64,000 nucleotides of DNA, taken from assembly GCA_013239625.1 (NCBI GenBank), contig MU054117.1, positions 3,276,677 to 3,340,676 on the forward strand, in the 5' to 3' direction. The translations under genes were made by a program, and so were the position numbers. The stretch comes from Lama guanicoe. Its lineage: Eukaryota. Shown piece by piece: positions 12,001 to 25,674 of the stretch (position 1 is the stretch's first letter; every line of letters starts with the position of its first letter). The notes under the pieces were generated by a model. The model worked only from the letters and a program-made list of their open reading frames with translations. It was not told the DNA's origin and made no database searches.

Positions 12001-13849
12001 GTGGATGGATGGTCGCAGGCTCTGCCCGGCACCTGCAGGCAGGCAACGTGTAACCGAGGATGCTGGGTGCGCTTCGAGGGAGGACAGACCCTCAGCACCA
12101 CCTGGAAGATAACAGAAACCAGGAAGCCCAGCCGTGGCCTCTGTGCTGACAGAACTCCCGGAAACTCCCCAGCGGGGCCTCAGCCGGGACACGCAGCCGT
12201 GGGAAAGCAGCTCAGGGCTCTGATGGCCTCGAAGGCCACCTTCCGACCAACTTTCCCATGTCAGGTCGAGAGGGAGGCTGAAAAAAATCCCCCAGCTCCA
12301 AGGCTCCGCCACTGAATACCCACCCGGCCCTGCTTTGCAAAAGCCAAAGCCTTCGAGATACACAAGGATTGTGATTGTTTGAAATGTTGGTAACATTTCA
12401 TCTTCCCAGAGACCTTGTTCATTTATCAGGGTTCTTAAAACCCTTTTGTTCACAAGCTCGTGGTAAGCACAGAAAACATTCTATCTAATATCAGAGCACA
12501 GCTGCTCCCCACCAGACAGACTTGGGGAGAAGAAAAGGAAGGGGGGTACCCCTCCGGAGACGTGAAGGTGGGAGGAGCAGCCGGGGCGGCGGCCCGACGA
12601 GCTGCGCTGTGTGGGGGCCTGTGAGAAAGTCACCCCAGCGGCAGCGGCCCCCGGGGCTCCCAGTCAGCACCGAGACGGAGGCTAGGCCCCGAGTCGGGGC
12701 TCCACCTCTCCACAGGGTTCCTGGCAGTCACACCCGAGGCCCCAGCCAGGGCCCCCAAAAATGTTTGAAGTAGGTGTGGAGTCTTGAGTAACATCTTCTT
12801 AAGGGCCAGTGTGGCTGGAAAAAAAAAAAAAGCCTAGTGGAAAACTCTGTCCATCCAAGGCCACAGAAGACCAGGAAATATTTTCTAAAAAGGGCTTTGA
12901 TTGCTCCTGAAAGCACAAGACAGAGTGAGCAGGGCCAGGCCAAGGCGGGGACGCTGTGACGCTAGCCACTGGCTGGGGGGGCAGGGGCAGACAGGTCCGG
13001 AGCCTAGGGTTTACTTTCAGCCCTTAATTATTTAGCTGGGAGTCGTGGAGAACTTCACGGATAAAGGAAAAGCACGTCTGTGTCGATGAAGTGTCTGAAG
13101 AGTCTCCATTGTTTTAAAAGGAACTTTATTTCATGATCGAAGCCACATTCTAAAAAGGAAAAAAGATAAGGTTAATCGAGGTAAACTTTCAACACTGAAA
13201 ATGACAGCTGTCTTGCATGCAGTACATTACATAGTATAGTATGTACTCTGTAGTCTTGTTACAGAGGTGGGTTTCAATGCCAGTGCTGGGTGACCTTGAG
13301 GAAATGTCTCAGCCCCTCTGTGCCCGGGATTCTTCAGCGGAATGAGAATGGAGGCACCTACTTCATACTGTGAAGGTTACATGAGCTTCTCTATAAAACA
13401 TGTTTCGAAAGATGGTAGGAATCTTTTGAGCCCCCTCCCAAACACACACACACTGCAAAAGTAGAGGTTATGGTTTTAAGGCAATGGAGGCTATTACAGT
13501 GCTTTGTTGTCTACAGGAAACTTAGGTGGTCTCAGCTCAACCACTGACTGGATCCCATACCACCTCCAGGCCTCCAGGTTTCCTCTGTAGGAGGCGAATG
13601 ACACACGTCTACTCCATCCGATGTGAAGGTCATGGGTCAAAAAAAGCTCAGCAAGTGTCAAGGCACATATGCCTGTGATCTACCATCATCATCAAGGATC
13701 TTTATGGTGTAATTTACTTCCTCTCTTCAGCAGACATTCTCAGGCAAGGACTTTGAATGAGCAGCTCATCCTTCGACCTGATGCCTGAGACCCAACCCCC
13801 AACTAAGTCCTTATTTTAACAAATCAATTGCAGAAGACAGACAGACAGA

Positions 13850-14158
13850 CAATTGGGGAGATTTGATATTAAGGAATTATTGTTCACTTTTGTTAGTCAT
13901 GATCACTATATCTATATGGATGTAAGAGAGGGTTCTTAACGTGGCTACACATGGAGTGTTTATAGGTGAAATTTCATGACGTTTGGATTTGCTTTAAAAT
14001 CATCTGTGCAGGAGGGGAATCTGGAGATAGGCATAGATAAAAGAAGGTTGGCCATATGTTAACAATTGTAGAAGCTGGGTGAGGGCACGCAAGAGTTACT
14101 TATATTATGTTCTCTACCTTGATGTTTGAAAATTCTCCATAATAACAGGAAAAAAAAC
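13850..14158 (+). mobile_element. Old L1 (L1MC/MD-like) 3' end
   Basis: gatattaaggaattattgtt...ggatttgctttaaaat...gtttgaaaattctccataataa followed by an A-tail. Confidence 0.7.
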
Positions 14159-14530
14159 CAATCCCAGAAAAATCCAGAAGGGGATCAGTGATCAAGCACC
14201 TGTGACACAGCTGAGCACCAGGGAGGGAGTGCTAACCAGGGATGGGCGGGTAGCTCAGGCGCAAAGAAGGTGCACAGTAACGGGAGGGAGACAGAGGAGG
14301 GACAGCCAGCCCAGAAGAAGCCTTGTCATGCGACCGAGCCACTGTATTTCTCCAGGTCACTGCCTCATCTTCTCTAAAGTGAGGAGCTAAGACTCAAATG
14401 CCGCTCCCCCCATTCAGGTTTGACCTGAGATGATTTTTGAGGATTTCAAAATCAAGTCCAGTTCGCCAGGTCTCCTGAATGGAACAGATAACTCTCACCA
14501 TGAATGAAGCCATCTAAAATGTACCAGAGC

Positions 14531-14675
14531 GGGGAGGGTGTAGCTCAGCGGTAGAGCACATGCTTAGCATGCAGGAGGTCCTGGGTTCAATCCCCACTAC
14601 CTCCGTTAAAAAAAAAAATTAATAAACAAATAAACCTAATTACCTCCCCTCACTCCCACAAAAAAACAAACAAAT
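14531..14675 (+). mobile_element. tRNA-derived SINE (Vic-1-like), well preserved
   Basis: ggggagggtgtagctcagcggtagagcacatgcttagcatgcaggaggtcctgggttcaatcccc with intact A and B boxes, then an A-rich segment and aacctaattacctcccc. Confidence 0.9.
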
Positions 14676-15249
14676 AATAGGTATCAGAACCGCTCTCAGT
14701 TTAAAGCTGGGGAGAGCGTCCAGCTAAGCACAAACCTTTCAGAGAAGAGTGGGCCTTCTTCCCCAGTTTATCTGTGGCTTGTAAGAGGTCAACTGGCCAA
14801 AGTCTGCAGAGTTTGGAGAAGTTCTTCCAAACTCCATTTCTATGAACTGAATGTTAATTAAAAAAAAAATCCTTTATGTTTCCATTCTTGTTACAGAAAA
14901 CCTCTCAAAGCCAGGCATCTATTCTCCTAACTCGGCAAGCCAGAGAAAGTACGGCTGCCTTCTTGGTGATCTCAGCGAGGGGCTCCTTGTGTCTTGAGGC
15001 CACCACCCGGCACTGGGCCTGACTGCCCAGGACTGGAGATGTAGACACAGGGGTGGAGACCAAGCCCAGTCCACGCGGATGCCTGAGCATCTTCGGGAAG
15101 GTGCATTTTCAACATCCATCCTTACAGGAGCCAGTTTTACCGTTTATCCCCTACAGGCAGAGGACAGAAGGAAAAAGAACAGTTAATACAGTGGTTTTGA
15201 TTGGCTGAGTCAGTCGGTCAACGCATGTTTCTCTTTGCCACCGTGGACT

Positions 15250-15996
15250 GTGTTCACTGACAGCACTTATGATGCTAAACATCTGCGCTTTATCCCCACA
15301 CCAGCCAATTCTCCAACTCACTGGCCACCAACGGGGTGTCCCACAATTCAATTTGAATCCGACAGTAGCCACCCGGAGTTAGCACAGACCCCACATGTTA
15401 AGGGCTCGGCCACACAAGACTTCCCCACTTTGGATGCCAGTCCAAGTCCCAGGGTGCCACCTGTCCTCCTGAGCAACCAGCCACAGATTCAGGGGTTCCC
15501 ACAACCCCCTCCTCAGGTTCGATCATTGCTAGGATGGCTCACAGAACTCAGGCAAACACTTTACTTACTTACTATTACCCATTTATTATAAAAGATATTA
15601 TAAAGGATACAAATGAACAGCCAGGTGAAAAGGTACATAGGGTGAGATCTGGAAGGGTCCAGAGCATAGGCCCTTCTGTCCCCGTGGAGCTGGGGTGCAC
15701 CATCCTCCTGGGCGTGATTGACTAAATCATCGGCCATTGGTGATTAACTCCATCTCCAGCCCCCATCTCCCCCCCAGGAGCTGAGAAGATGGGGCTCAAA
15801 GTTCCATCCGTCTATTCATGCCTTGGTCTTCTTGGTGACCAGCCCCCATCCTGAAGTTATCTAGGGACCCCCCCCAAAAGTGGCTTCATTAGGACAAAAG
15901 ACACTCTTATGACTCAGGAAATTCCAAGGGATTCAGGAGCTCTGTGTCAGGAACCAGGGACAAAGACCAAATATACCTTTTTTTCATTATGTCACA
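15250..15996 (-). mobile_element. MER21-like solo LTR
   Basis: TG...CA ends. The reverse strand begins tgtgacataatg...atatttggtctttgtccctggttcctgacacagagctcc, as in the MER21 family; ~750 bp. Confidence 0.75.
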
Positions 15997-16334
15997 GTTA
16001 CCTTGAAGACTTGGAATACAATTTTCTTGGACACTGCCTGCAAATCTCTCACTTCTCCCAAGTATCTGGTTTTGTCTAGCAGGATTCAACACGATTTGTT
16101 CTCTTAAGAGCACCCAAACTCACTGATCACTGAAAAGCAGACTAGAAACATTCTGAACAATCAATGAGCCAACATCTATTGAGCAACTACGGCGCAGAGG
16201 CACTTGCTAGGAGTTATGGCAGGTACAAAGGAACACGAAGCTTCCGGACGTCTTCTTGTCGAGGACCAGTCAGAGGCAAAGCCCAGACTCTGATGCCCGC
16301 CCAGGGTTTCAGCATTGTTCCCGAGTACCGGCTG

Positions 16335-16495
16335 TTTCCTTAGCTCTGGGGGACTGGGGCCACCGATTCCTTCTCTGAAATACAATCATGATAATAACAT
16401 GGACTCGTAGGCTCGTTGGAAGGATTAAGTGAGGTAACCACTGGAAGGCAGTTGCAATAGAGCCTGGTTCATGTTAAGCGCTCAGTAAGTGTCTT
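16335..16495 (+). mobile_element. MIR remnant
   Basis: MIR 3' half motifs (gttggaaggattaagtgaggtaa...agagcctgg...taagcgctcagtaagtg). Confidence 0.6.
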
Positions 16496-17504
16496 GTGAG
16501 AGTCTGAGAGGTGTCCTCGAGGCGGAAGCTGCCAGGCCCAGGAGACACTGTGCCAGAGAGGTGACAAGACACCCAACACCCAAGGACAAATGGACAGTAG
16601 GGAAGGCATGCTTGCTGTAAGAAGGGAGTTCCTAGGGAAAGAGGTCCCAGGACGGAGTGGGCTGGCTTCCAGAATGCCCGAGGCTTCATTTGCCCAATGT
16701 CTGGTCTGAGCCTCAGCCCACTGGGGACCCCTGCCCTGAGTGACTGTGGACTGGCCTAGACCTCAGGGTACCTGGGCTTTGTAGCCCTCAGCAGAACTGG
16801 GACTTCTACGGGTGTGCAGAGGGATGGTCAGTCAGGGAGGGCTTCCTGGAGGAAGTGGCAGTGGGCCCAAGGCTTCAAAGATGGATAGGGTTTCAGAAGG
16901 TTAGGGGTCAGAGACAATGAAGAGGTCAGCTTCAGGGTGGCCCCTCTCCTCTCTCTAGAGGCCCCTCCACAGAGCACGGGTTCCCTGGCCACCTCCACCA
17001 GGGCTGAACACTGTGCACTGTTGGGATGTATCCCTCTCTCCCTGAAACCCCACTGCTGCTGCCCAAACAGAAACTTACTTTTTCTTGCCTCCCTCCGTCC
17101 CCTCGTCCACAGAACAGCCCTTCTCGGATCTGCAGGCTGAGGTCGGGCCAGCCCCTCCCTTGGACTGTCTCCTCTCCCAAGGACCATGTTCTGCTGGTCT
17201 CCTAGAAGCCACGACTCGTCCTGGTTTGCTGCCCAGCTCGGGGGTGCCAACCCGCCAGTGGGCTCTGAGGCCTCCCCTGGCAAAACCCCAGGCTTGTGGC
17301 TGCCGTCTCATCACCCCCCCTCCCCCACTGCCCTCCATCTCCAGAGCTGCCGGGACGCCGTCTTCCCAGTTCAGCTCAGAGACTCTGCTCTCAGAACCCT
17401 GGCAGCCCACTCGGGGCCATCGCAAGGGATTTCAAGGGCAAAGCAAAGCAGAGCAAAAACTGAGCACTATCTTCCTATTTCATCACAAAATATACACAGT
17501 GAAA

Positions 17505-17700
17505 CGTAACCCCAGCTCTGCCACTCCCCAGTCGGGTGAGCTCGGGCAAATGACGTAACCCGTCCGTGCCTCCGTCTCCCCACGCGTTAATCAGGGATAA
17601 CAGTGGTCCCCGCGCCGTGTTGTTGTGAGGGCTGAATGAGTTACTTTAAAAGAAGTATTCGAACAGTGCCTTGTGCAGAGTGAGGACGCTGTTAGCATTC
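17505..17700 (+). mobile_element. MIR
   Basis: aaccccagctctgccact...gggcaaatgacgtaacc...gtgcctccgtctcccc...gttgttgtgagggctgaatgagtta...aacagtgccttg. Confidence 0.75.
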
Positions 17701-18314
17701 TGGTGCGGTTGTTATCGCGCTGAAGAAGGCAGGGTACAAAATCAGGCAGACACTGGAGCTGGCATTTAACCTCTCTGAGCTCCAGTTTCTTTATCTTCTT
17801 AAAACGGAGATAATCATAGCACCTATTTCATTCGACCAAAGGAGACGCTGCCCACTGATGGTTTTATGTCCACGATTCAGTGCCCTATCTGACATGTAGT
17901 TAAGTCAGAACAAGGTTCATAGCATAAAAAACGAAGAACCCCGAAAGCAAGAAAAAAGGGGAGACGGCCCACCCTTGGTGAAAACAGTAAGGCCCCAACT
18001 CAAGAGAGAATGTCTGCAGCCCAGCCCCCACAAACAGCCCCCCACCCCGACTGGCACCTCCCACCCCGCCCACCCCACTCCCCGCCCTGCCCAGCCAGGG
18101 GCCTTACGGTAAACCAGGGTTCAAGGCGCAGCATGTGTAAGGATGCCTGCCCGACCCCCAGGAAACCTGGAGAGTCAAAACAGTCCCTTTAAGGATTTTT
18201 CTCTACCTGCTCAACACACAGACCTCCACTTGGGAGGGAGGCTGCTGTGGGTACCACAGGGTACCTGGCTTTCAGTGCCCTGCGCAGGAGCCTGGCTTTG
18301 CTTTTGCAAGACTG

Positions 18315-18490
18315 TGGTTCAAGTCCTGATTCTGCCAATTACTGGCTGCAGAATTTAGGTAAATTTCTTACTCCTTCCTGGCCTCAGTTTCCTCCTTCCT
18401 AAAGTGGGAAGACGCGGGAAGTCAATGACTTACTTGGAAGATGCTCAGCACACTGTCTGGTAGATGTTTAAGTGCTTAACAATTTTCGCC
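18315..18490 (+). mobile_element. MIR remnant
   Basis: ggttcaagtcctgattctgccaattactggctg...gcctcagtttcctc...tgctcagcacactgtctgg. Confidence 0.65.
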
Positions 18491-19959
18491 ATTACTAACC
18501 ACTCTGGATTTCTCAGACCTCTGAAGACTGCCGGGCATTCTGTGCAGGAAGTATATTTAAGGAAGATCAGCTGTCTTCCTCATTTTTCCGGCTGGGGGTC
18601 AGAAGAAGGGTGCAGGGTCATGGCCGGAGCCCCCGGAATGCTGCTGCCCGTTGCCAGCATCAGTGACGTGTGTTCATCCTGCTCGAGGTCACGGTCCTCC
18701 TCTGGCTGTGGCCCTCCTTCCCAAACCACCGCTCCTTCTGCGGAGAGGTGAACGTGCTGGCCTTGTTTCTTCCGGCCAATGGCTTCTCGCTGGCCTGTGA
18801 TTGGTACCCCCCGAGATTCCACCACAGTCCAGGCATGCCAGCTATGTCAGCGTGACTCCAGTGGTGTGCGTCTGACATCCACATGGCCCCGTAGAAGGCA
18901 GGCTCCGGCAAAAGGTTATTTGGAATGCTGCTGAACGTTTGACAGCTGTCAAGTTATCTCTCTGGGGTTAGGCCATTAAAGTCGCATCTAAAATGTTTTA
19001 TGGAGCAAATGAGATAAACCGCACGTTGAAATTCATGGAGCATAGGGAGAATCTTTACGGATACAGGCACAGTGGCAGCTAAAAGTAGGTGAGTTTTTTT
19101 TTTTTCCACTGAAACTTTGTAGTTTTCTTCCACATGGCTATTTCCCTTGACTTCAAAGCAGAGACAGCCCCTCAAAGTGAAGCAGAGAGACTGCCACAGA
19201 AACAGATTCAGTAAAACCTGGGGCGGCGGGGTCACCCGGAAAGAACGTGGCTCTCCCAGTCTGGCTCACAGCATCCCATCAGAGAGCTGAGTGCTCTGTC
19301 CTGGCACTCTCTGCCAGAACTTCAGCACATATCCTGAAGAAAAGTCCTTTTCCAGGCAAACCTAAATCCGCCCTAGGTGCCTTTTAGTCCGCCCCTGACA
19401 TCCTTCCATCCCTGCTGCCCCGAGGGACCGATGCTCCGAAGCTCCAGCCACAGCAGCCAGTTCTCGGTCCTCTGGTCGTAACTTATACATCCTCACTTGA
19501 GTTCCTCGGCTTTGTCTCCTTGGCTCAAAGCATCCTTCCCGTCCACCCCCACCGTTACTCCTCCAACCAAATGGCCTAAAGAGGATCCAATCCAATGACA
19601 GGTCCATTGCCAGACCATGGTAGGAAGATGGGAGTAGACGAAGCATCAGAGCCTTCCCATCCTCCATACCTGGACCCAAGTGCTGCCTCCTCCATGCAGC
19701 CTTCCCAGTCATCCACTCACTCAACTGAACCCTTCAGCCTCCCACTTCCTGTATTCCCATAACATGGAGGAGACTTTCTCCCTCACTCTTATATTAAAGG
19801 AAAAGCTGTGTGTGTATGCATCTGTCCCACCCCCAGACTGTAAGGTCGTTGAAGATGAGGACCTTAGGGTGTTCAGTTTCTACCCTGGACCACTAAATTC
19901 ACAGAATCAAGACCTCAAGATTTTTCTCCTTTCGTGGACACCTGAATGCACCACGAAAC

Positions 19960-20205
19960 ACAGTACGAGGATGCTTGAGGGAACATTATTTGTAAAAGCA
20001 AAAAAATGTGGGGAGGGAGGGTGCCCAGATGCCCATTAGTTGTAGGAAGTGGTTAAATTGTGAGACATTCTAATCACGGGAAGACATTCTGTACTTACAC
20101 TGAATGAAGCAGATCTGTACCCAGAGAGAGACTCTCAGAGATCACTGTTAGCCGGAAAAAAAAAATCAAGTTACAAAACAATATGTTTGACATGATCGCT
20201 TTCAG
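19960..20205 (+). mobile_element. Old L1 (L1ME-like) fragment
   Basis: aggatgctt...acattatttgtaaaagcaaaaaa...atgcccattag...tggttaaatt...aagttacaaaacaatatgt. Confidence 0.55.
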
Positions 20206-20949
20206 GTTTTAAAATTCTTATCCTCAAAAAAGAAAACTAGAAAGCAAAGCTCTCTCTGATGTGACTGGGAAGGTGGTGGGTTATCTGAAAATGTTGGGAA
20301 AGTGAGAAATCACTTAAAAACTAACTACACATACCTAAAATTTATTTGAAGTTAATGTACATTTATCCGCTCGTCTCTTGCCGCCAGTCCAGAGCTGATG
20401 TTTTAGTGTGGGTCTCATGACGCCCCCTCCATCACCTTTCCTGGGGAAGCCACACCCACTAAGCACCATCAACGGTTTCTAGTTTCATTTTCTGAAAAGT
20501 GGATGAGAACTTAAAGACATGGACACAGTCATCTGAGTGCAGGTCCCTAAATTACGGTATGTGGAAGCTGTGTGCCCACCCAAGGTAAATCACCTCTGTA
20601 AACCTCCGCTTCTCATCTGCAACACAGGGCACGCTGATCAGCAGCTCTCGGTGAGTGGGAAGAAAGAAGATGGTTCTGTTCTCAATAAAGCTTAGCTCAC
20701 GTCTGAAGCATCTTACTTTCCTTTTATCTTAGCGCCGTAAGAAAGAGCAGGAGACTGCCCTACCTGGAGCTCCGGCCACCTGCTCTTTCTGCCTCTACGA
20801 TACTCAACGTCCAGAGACACCAGGCGCAAGCGAGGGTCGTGGCAGGCAGCCCGGGTGCATGAGGACCTGCCCTGCGACAGGACCGTGCCAAACTGCTGTA
20901 TGCAATTGGCTTTTAAATTAGACAGGAGAAGAAAATTGTTACCAAAAAA

Positions 20950-22700
20950 GAAACTACATCTCTATTGTCTTTCATATTTAGCTACGTAGTTACATTCACC
21001 AGTGCATTTTATTTTTGTGGATTTGAGCTACAATCTTACATTCTTTCATTTAAACTGCAAGAACTCCTTTTAGTGTTTCTTGTAAAGGAAGTCTGCTAGC
21101 AACAAGCTCTTTCAGTTTTTGCTTATTTGAAAATGTCTTACTTGCTACGTCATTTCTGGAGGATAATTCTGCCTGATACAGAATCCTTGGTGGACAGTCG
21201 TCTCCTTTCAGCACTTTGGACGTGCCATCCCACTGCCTCCTGGGCTCCACGGTGTCTGACAAGAAGTCAGCTGTTAACATCGCTGAGGACCCTTGGCTGT
21301 GATGAGCTGGGCTTTTTCTTGCTGTTTTCAAGAGTCTCTCTGTCTTTTGAAAGTTCAACTGTTATGTGTATAGGTGTGATTATCCTTGAGTTTATTCTGA
21401 TCAGAGTTTGTTGAGCCTTTTGAATATGTGGGTTAATGTTTTAAAATAAATTGGAGAGGTTTTCTTCCATTATTTCTTCAAATATTCTTCTGCCCCTTTC
21501 TCTCTCCCCTCTTCTTCTGGAACTGCCATTATGTGTATGTTGACTTGCTTGATGGTGTCCAACAGGTCTCTGCGACTGGTCATTTTTCTTCATTTTTTTT
21601 TTCTTTCTGTTTCTCAGACTGGATCATCTCAACTGATTTATATTCAAGCTAGCTGATTCTTTCCTCTGCTAGTTCAAATCTGCTGTTGAGCGCCATTCCC
21701 CACCCCACTGAATTGTTCATTTAATTATTGAAATTTCAACTCCAGAATTTGTATTTTGTCCTTTTTAATAATTTGTCTCTTTATTGATATTCTGTATTTC
21801 TTATATTTTAATTATTTAGAGATGGTTTCCTTTACTGCTTTGAACATATTTCTATTCAAATAACTGATTTAAGGTGATTGTCCAGTAAGCGCAGTATGTG
21901 GGCCGCCCTAGGGACGGTTTCTATTCATCACTTTTTTTTTGTCTTGTGTATAGGCCATACTTTTCTGTTTCTCTGTGTGTCTCATAATTTTCTTTATTGA
22001 AAACTAGGTGTTTAAAATAATATAAGGCAGCAACCCTGCGGTGAGCGCCCCACCACACACACTCTGCAGAGTTTACTGTTTTTTTGCTATTGTTGCTGCT
22101 GTTTGTTCACTTAGTGACTTTCCTGAACTAGTTCTATAAAGCCTGTATTCTCCATCATGTATGATCACTGAAGTCTCTGTTTGGCTTGCTTCATGGTCAG
22201 CTAACGATCAGACGTAGATTTCCTTAAATGCCTTGAACCGGTATGTCTTCTAGCCTTTGCCAAGAGACCCGGCGTGTGTGTGTGAGGGGCAGGCCTTCAG
22301 CAAGCGGCAGGCGGTTTAAAAATCTTCCTGCACTGTCGCTTTCTGTTTGCACAGAGGCTCCAGGTCAGCTAGTGGTGAGTACCTAGGGCTTTCGGAGTCC
22401 TTTCCTGTGTACGTGCAAAGCTACGCATGCGCACGTGACCTTCCACATCCCCCAAAATACACCAGAGCTTCTCAAAGCCCATGTGGAAAACACATGTCCC
22501 AGTGTTTCCTTTTAATTGTCTTAGCCAGCCTCTTGTTAGCGCCGATGGGTATCGCCCCCTCAGGTAGCTGAAGTGTTAAACAATTGCCACTGACTGTTTA
22601 GGGCAAACATGCTGGGGGTACTGAGTCAGGTCACGTAATGACGAGCCCTGAGAAAGAGCGTTCCTCGAGAACTGCTAGAGAAGTCAAATAGTGACATTTC
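20950..22700 (-). mobile_element. Decayed LINE-1 5' region with ORF1 remnant
   Basis: ORF 21050-21358(-) LTADFLSDTVEPRRQWDGTSKVLKGDDCPPRILYQAELSSRNDVASKTFSNKQKLKELVASRLPLQETLKGVL matches the L1 ORF1p C-terminal signature. The surrounding T-rich antisense L1 sequence has no continuing open frame. Confidence 0.9.
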
Positions 22701-23759
22701 TTTGCCTTAAAAAGACAGAGAGGTTGGTAAAGGTGACAGAACAAAAGGAAAACCTACTTGGAGAGGTAGAAATAACAGGCAGTGGTGGTCTGGGAAAAAG
22801 AAAGGCACCCAGTCCAGAAGGGTAACATAGGGAAAGTAATTAAAACAGAGATAAACCATGAGAAGCATCTAAAGCCATTCCGAAAACAGAATCCGTTCGT
22901 GAGCCACAATAAAATACTGAAAGAAGGAACAAGAAGAATGGGTAAACTGTAACAATATAGTTTAAATGAAAAGAACCCATGCAAAGTCTTAACTTCTTTA
23001 GTTTCAGAAGTGAGGGGTGCTGGTTTAGACCCAGCACTGCCACTGGCAGGCTGTGTGATTCTGTGTGTAAGTGAGATGCTGCCCCTTAGCTTTCTAAGGA
23101 GAAACTCAAGTTTGTTTTCTAAATTTTAATAATTTGCATACAACCCTCCAGATTAAAAAAAAAATCTATATATCACTTCTTCAACTCACATAATTTTTTA
23201 AAAAAGTATCCTTTTTTAAAACTGAATTATCACTGTAATATTTATGAAACTATGAGTTTGATGCATTGCATTTTTTTCTGATATTCATTCAAATAAACCT
23301 CAGACCGTTTAAATACAAAATGCTCCTCCATGTATCAACTACCTCACTTTGGCAAACAATGGATTCAATGTATAAGGTTTTTCCCACTTCTATGATTGTG
23401 TAGATGGAGTTCCCCTTGTCCCTTGCACAGGCGGGAAGATTACTAAGGTTGGAAGATTACTTCTCGGTACATAGCTCTCTGAGGACAAGGTGATACGAAG
23501 TTTCGAATGGACTGGTTTGAGATTAAACCATGTTGGCAGAAGCCACTGAGTAACTGACCCATCATGGTGTAAACAGTGGGTAGAAACACCCCCGAGCCAA
23601 GATCTGGTACAGAAATGTCCATACTTTCATGGAGTGTATGAAATACACTAATAATTCCGTGGACTCCTGGAGCTGCTCTGATGCTGAGAGAACACAACGC
23701 AGTGGAGTTTGGCAACACTGGTCACCCTGCTCAGCAGTATCTCTGTGCTCACTGGACAC

Positions 23760-23865
23760 CGGGGCACTGTGCTAAGCCCAGCCCAGCACTTACTCCCTGC
23801 AACCACTCTGCTAGGTAGACATCATCATCGCTCTGCTGCAGACGAGGACATCCAGGCTCAGAGTG
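23760..23865 (-). mobile_element. MIR remnant
   Basis: ggcactgtgctaagc...caaccactctgctaggtagacatcatcatc...gcagacgaggacatccaggctcagag. Confidence 0.6.
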
Positions 23866-25529
23866 ACTCATCAGTGTCCTTGTAACATCCCTAATGGGCT
23901 ACTGCTGTAGGTCCTTTGTCTGATCACTGAAGGTAACCCTTGCTACTCTGGGATGGACTGCAGAGGAAGCTCTTTATAGGAGCAGAAATAGGCCTCCTTT
24001 TAAGGCTTTATCAGAGTTGCTAGTTTTCCCTGGGGCCACAGAACATAGATAAGGTAAGATCATTCTTAGTTTCATTCACCCAATTTATAGATAAGGAAAT
24101 GGAGTGCAGTGTTGAATCTCATCAATAAAACCAGCCTCCAGAAGATGGGACAACCATTGTCTCTTTCCTGACTAGACTAGTGCGTCCTCAGTGCTACTGA
24201 GGGATGCCTCCGTGGTACCAGGAGAGTGGGGTGAGGGGAACGGTCCACGGCCCTAGCACGTTTTCCTGGGACCCACCTTGGTGCCCTGCCGGTTTCTGAA
24301 GTTGTTCCAAGTTGCTCTTCCTCATTAGGGACGCACTGAGAAAGACCCCACGCTTTGAGACAGATATCAGGGAACGAGTTGAGATCCAGAGGAGCGTAGC
24401 TCCCTGCGGAGGGGCTGGCGTCCAGTGAAAGAGCCAAAGAGAAACGGATGAAGGGACAACATCCTCAGATACCTGACCGACTGTAAGCTACCGTAAATGA
24501 GGAAAATGGCTAGTTCTGCCTCGTTCCGGTGGCCAGAGACAGCATTTGTGGGAAGACACTGCCAGGAAGCAGGAATTTTCGGGTCCCTAACTAGCTATGT
24601 GGCCTTCAGTAGGGCATTGAACCCCTCGGTCCTTCAAGGTCCTAATGGCGCATGGTTCTTTGGAAGATTCTGTAAGGAAAGGACCCAGCTCGGAGCCCAC
24701 CAGGAGTACGCAGACACTCACCGACGTTGCTAAGTTTAGATGCAGATGAAGCATCCTTCTCAACCTAAGAAAGAATGTAGAGACAGTGTGGAACCCTTAT
24801 AGGACGTGAGTTCCTCATCAGGAGAAATGTTGGAGCAAAGACATCATCTTTATCCACCAGGGATGCTCTAAAGGGGTTCCTCTGTGACAAATGTGGGTAT
24901 GGACTGGGAGACCCATGGACTGTTGTAAACCCAAAAGAGTCTCGCCCCAGGTTACACAGTTTATGGCACACTGGGGACTGGAACCCACCTCCCCCAACCC
25001 CAAGTCCAGTGTTCTTTCCATGACACCATAGACCCTATGCTTAAAAAAATTACATAGAACACTGTCCAGAAACTCTCCCAAATGTAATTGTTAATGACTA
25101 CCAGTTTCTATTCCTCAGTAGCCACACTTTTAAGAAGGAAATGTGCCTACAAACACCTAATTTTATAAAACAAATAATTTACACATAAGTGGATTTTACA
25201 GGAGTACATAGAACCCCAATGAATGAAACTTCTCATGCGTTCAAAGCAATGGAACGTGAGGAAGAAAAATGGGACAGAGCAGAAAGCTTGACTTGCTGAG
25301 TCCTAGCTATCAGGGTACGCCAGGGAGCCGGGGGGATGTCTGGTCTAAAGATTGCAACTCCGGGAAATTTGCTTTGACCCCTTTCCACCAAGGAGCCACC
25401 TGATGCTCCGTGAGTTCCACGCAACTCAGAGTAAGTCTCGTTGGAAGAGGCGCACAGGGCTCCGAGCAGTCACTTAGACTGCCCAGCGGAGGGTCTGCAG
25501 CTAGGGCCCATCCAACACTCTACGTGCTC

Positions 25530-25674
25530 GGGTGAGGAGGGTTAGCCCAGGGCTAGAGTGCGAGCTTAGCAAGCATGAGGTCCTGGGTTCGATCCCCGGT
25601 GTCTTCATTAAATAAGGAAGTAAAAAAACCTAATTACCTTCTCACCAAGAAGGAGGGAAGAAAACAAAACAAAA
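25530..25674 (+). mobile_element. tRNA-derived SINE (Vic-1-like)
   Basis: gcttagcaagcatgaggtcctgggttcgatcccc (B-box), then aacctaattacct and an AAAAC tail. Confidence 0.85.

Noticed and set aside
14531..14605. tRNA-like sequence with A and B boxes
   Set aside because: Has an A-rich tail and several diverged dispersed copies with TSDs, so it is a SINE rather than a tRNA gene.
23085..23362. AT-rich stretch possibly from a hAT/Charlie-type DNA transposon
   Set aside because: Only one terminus-like motif is visible and I cannot show paired terminal inverted repeats. Needs RepeatMasker.
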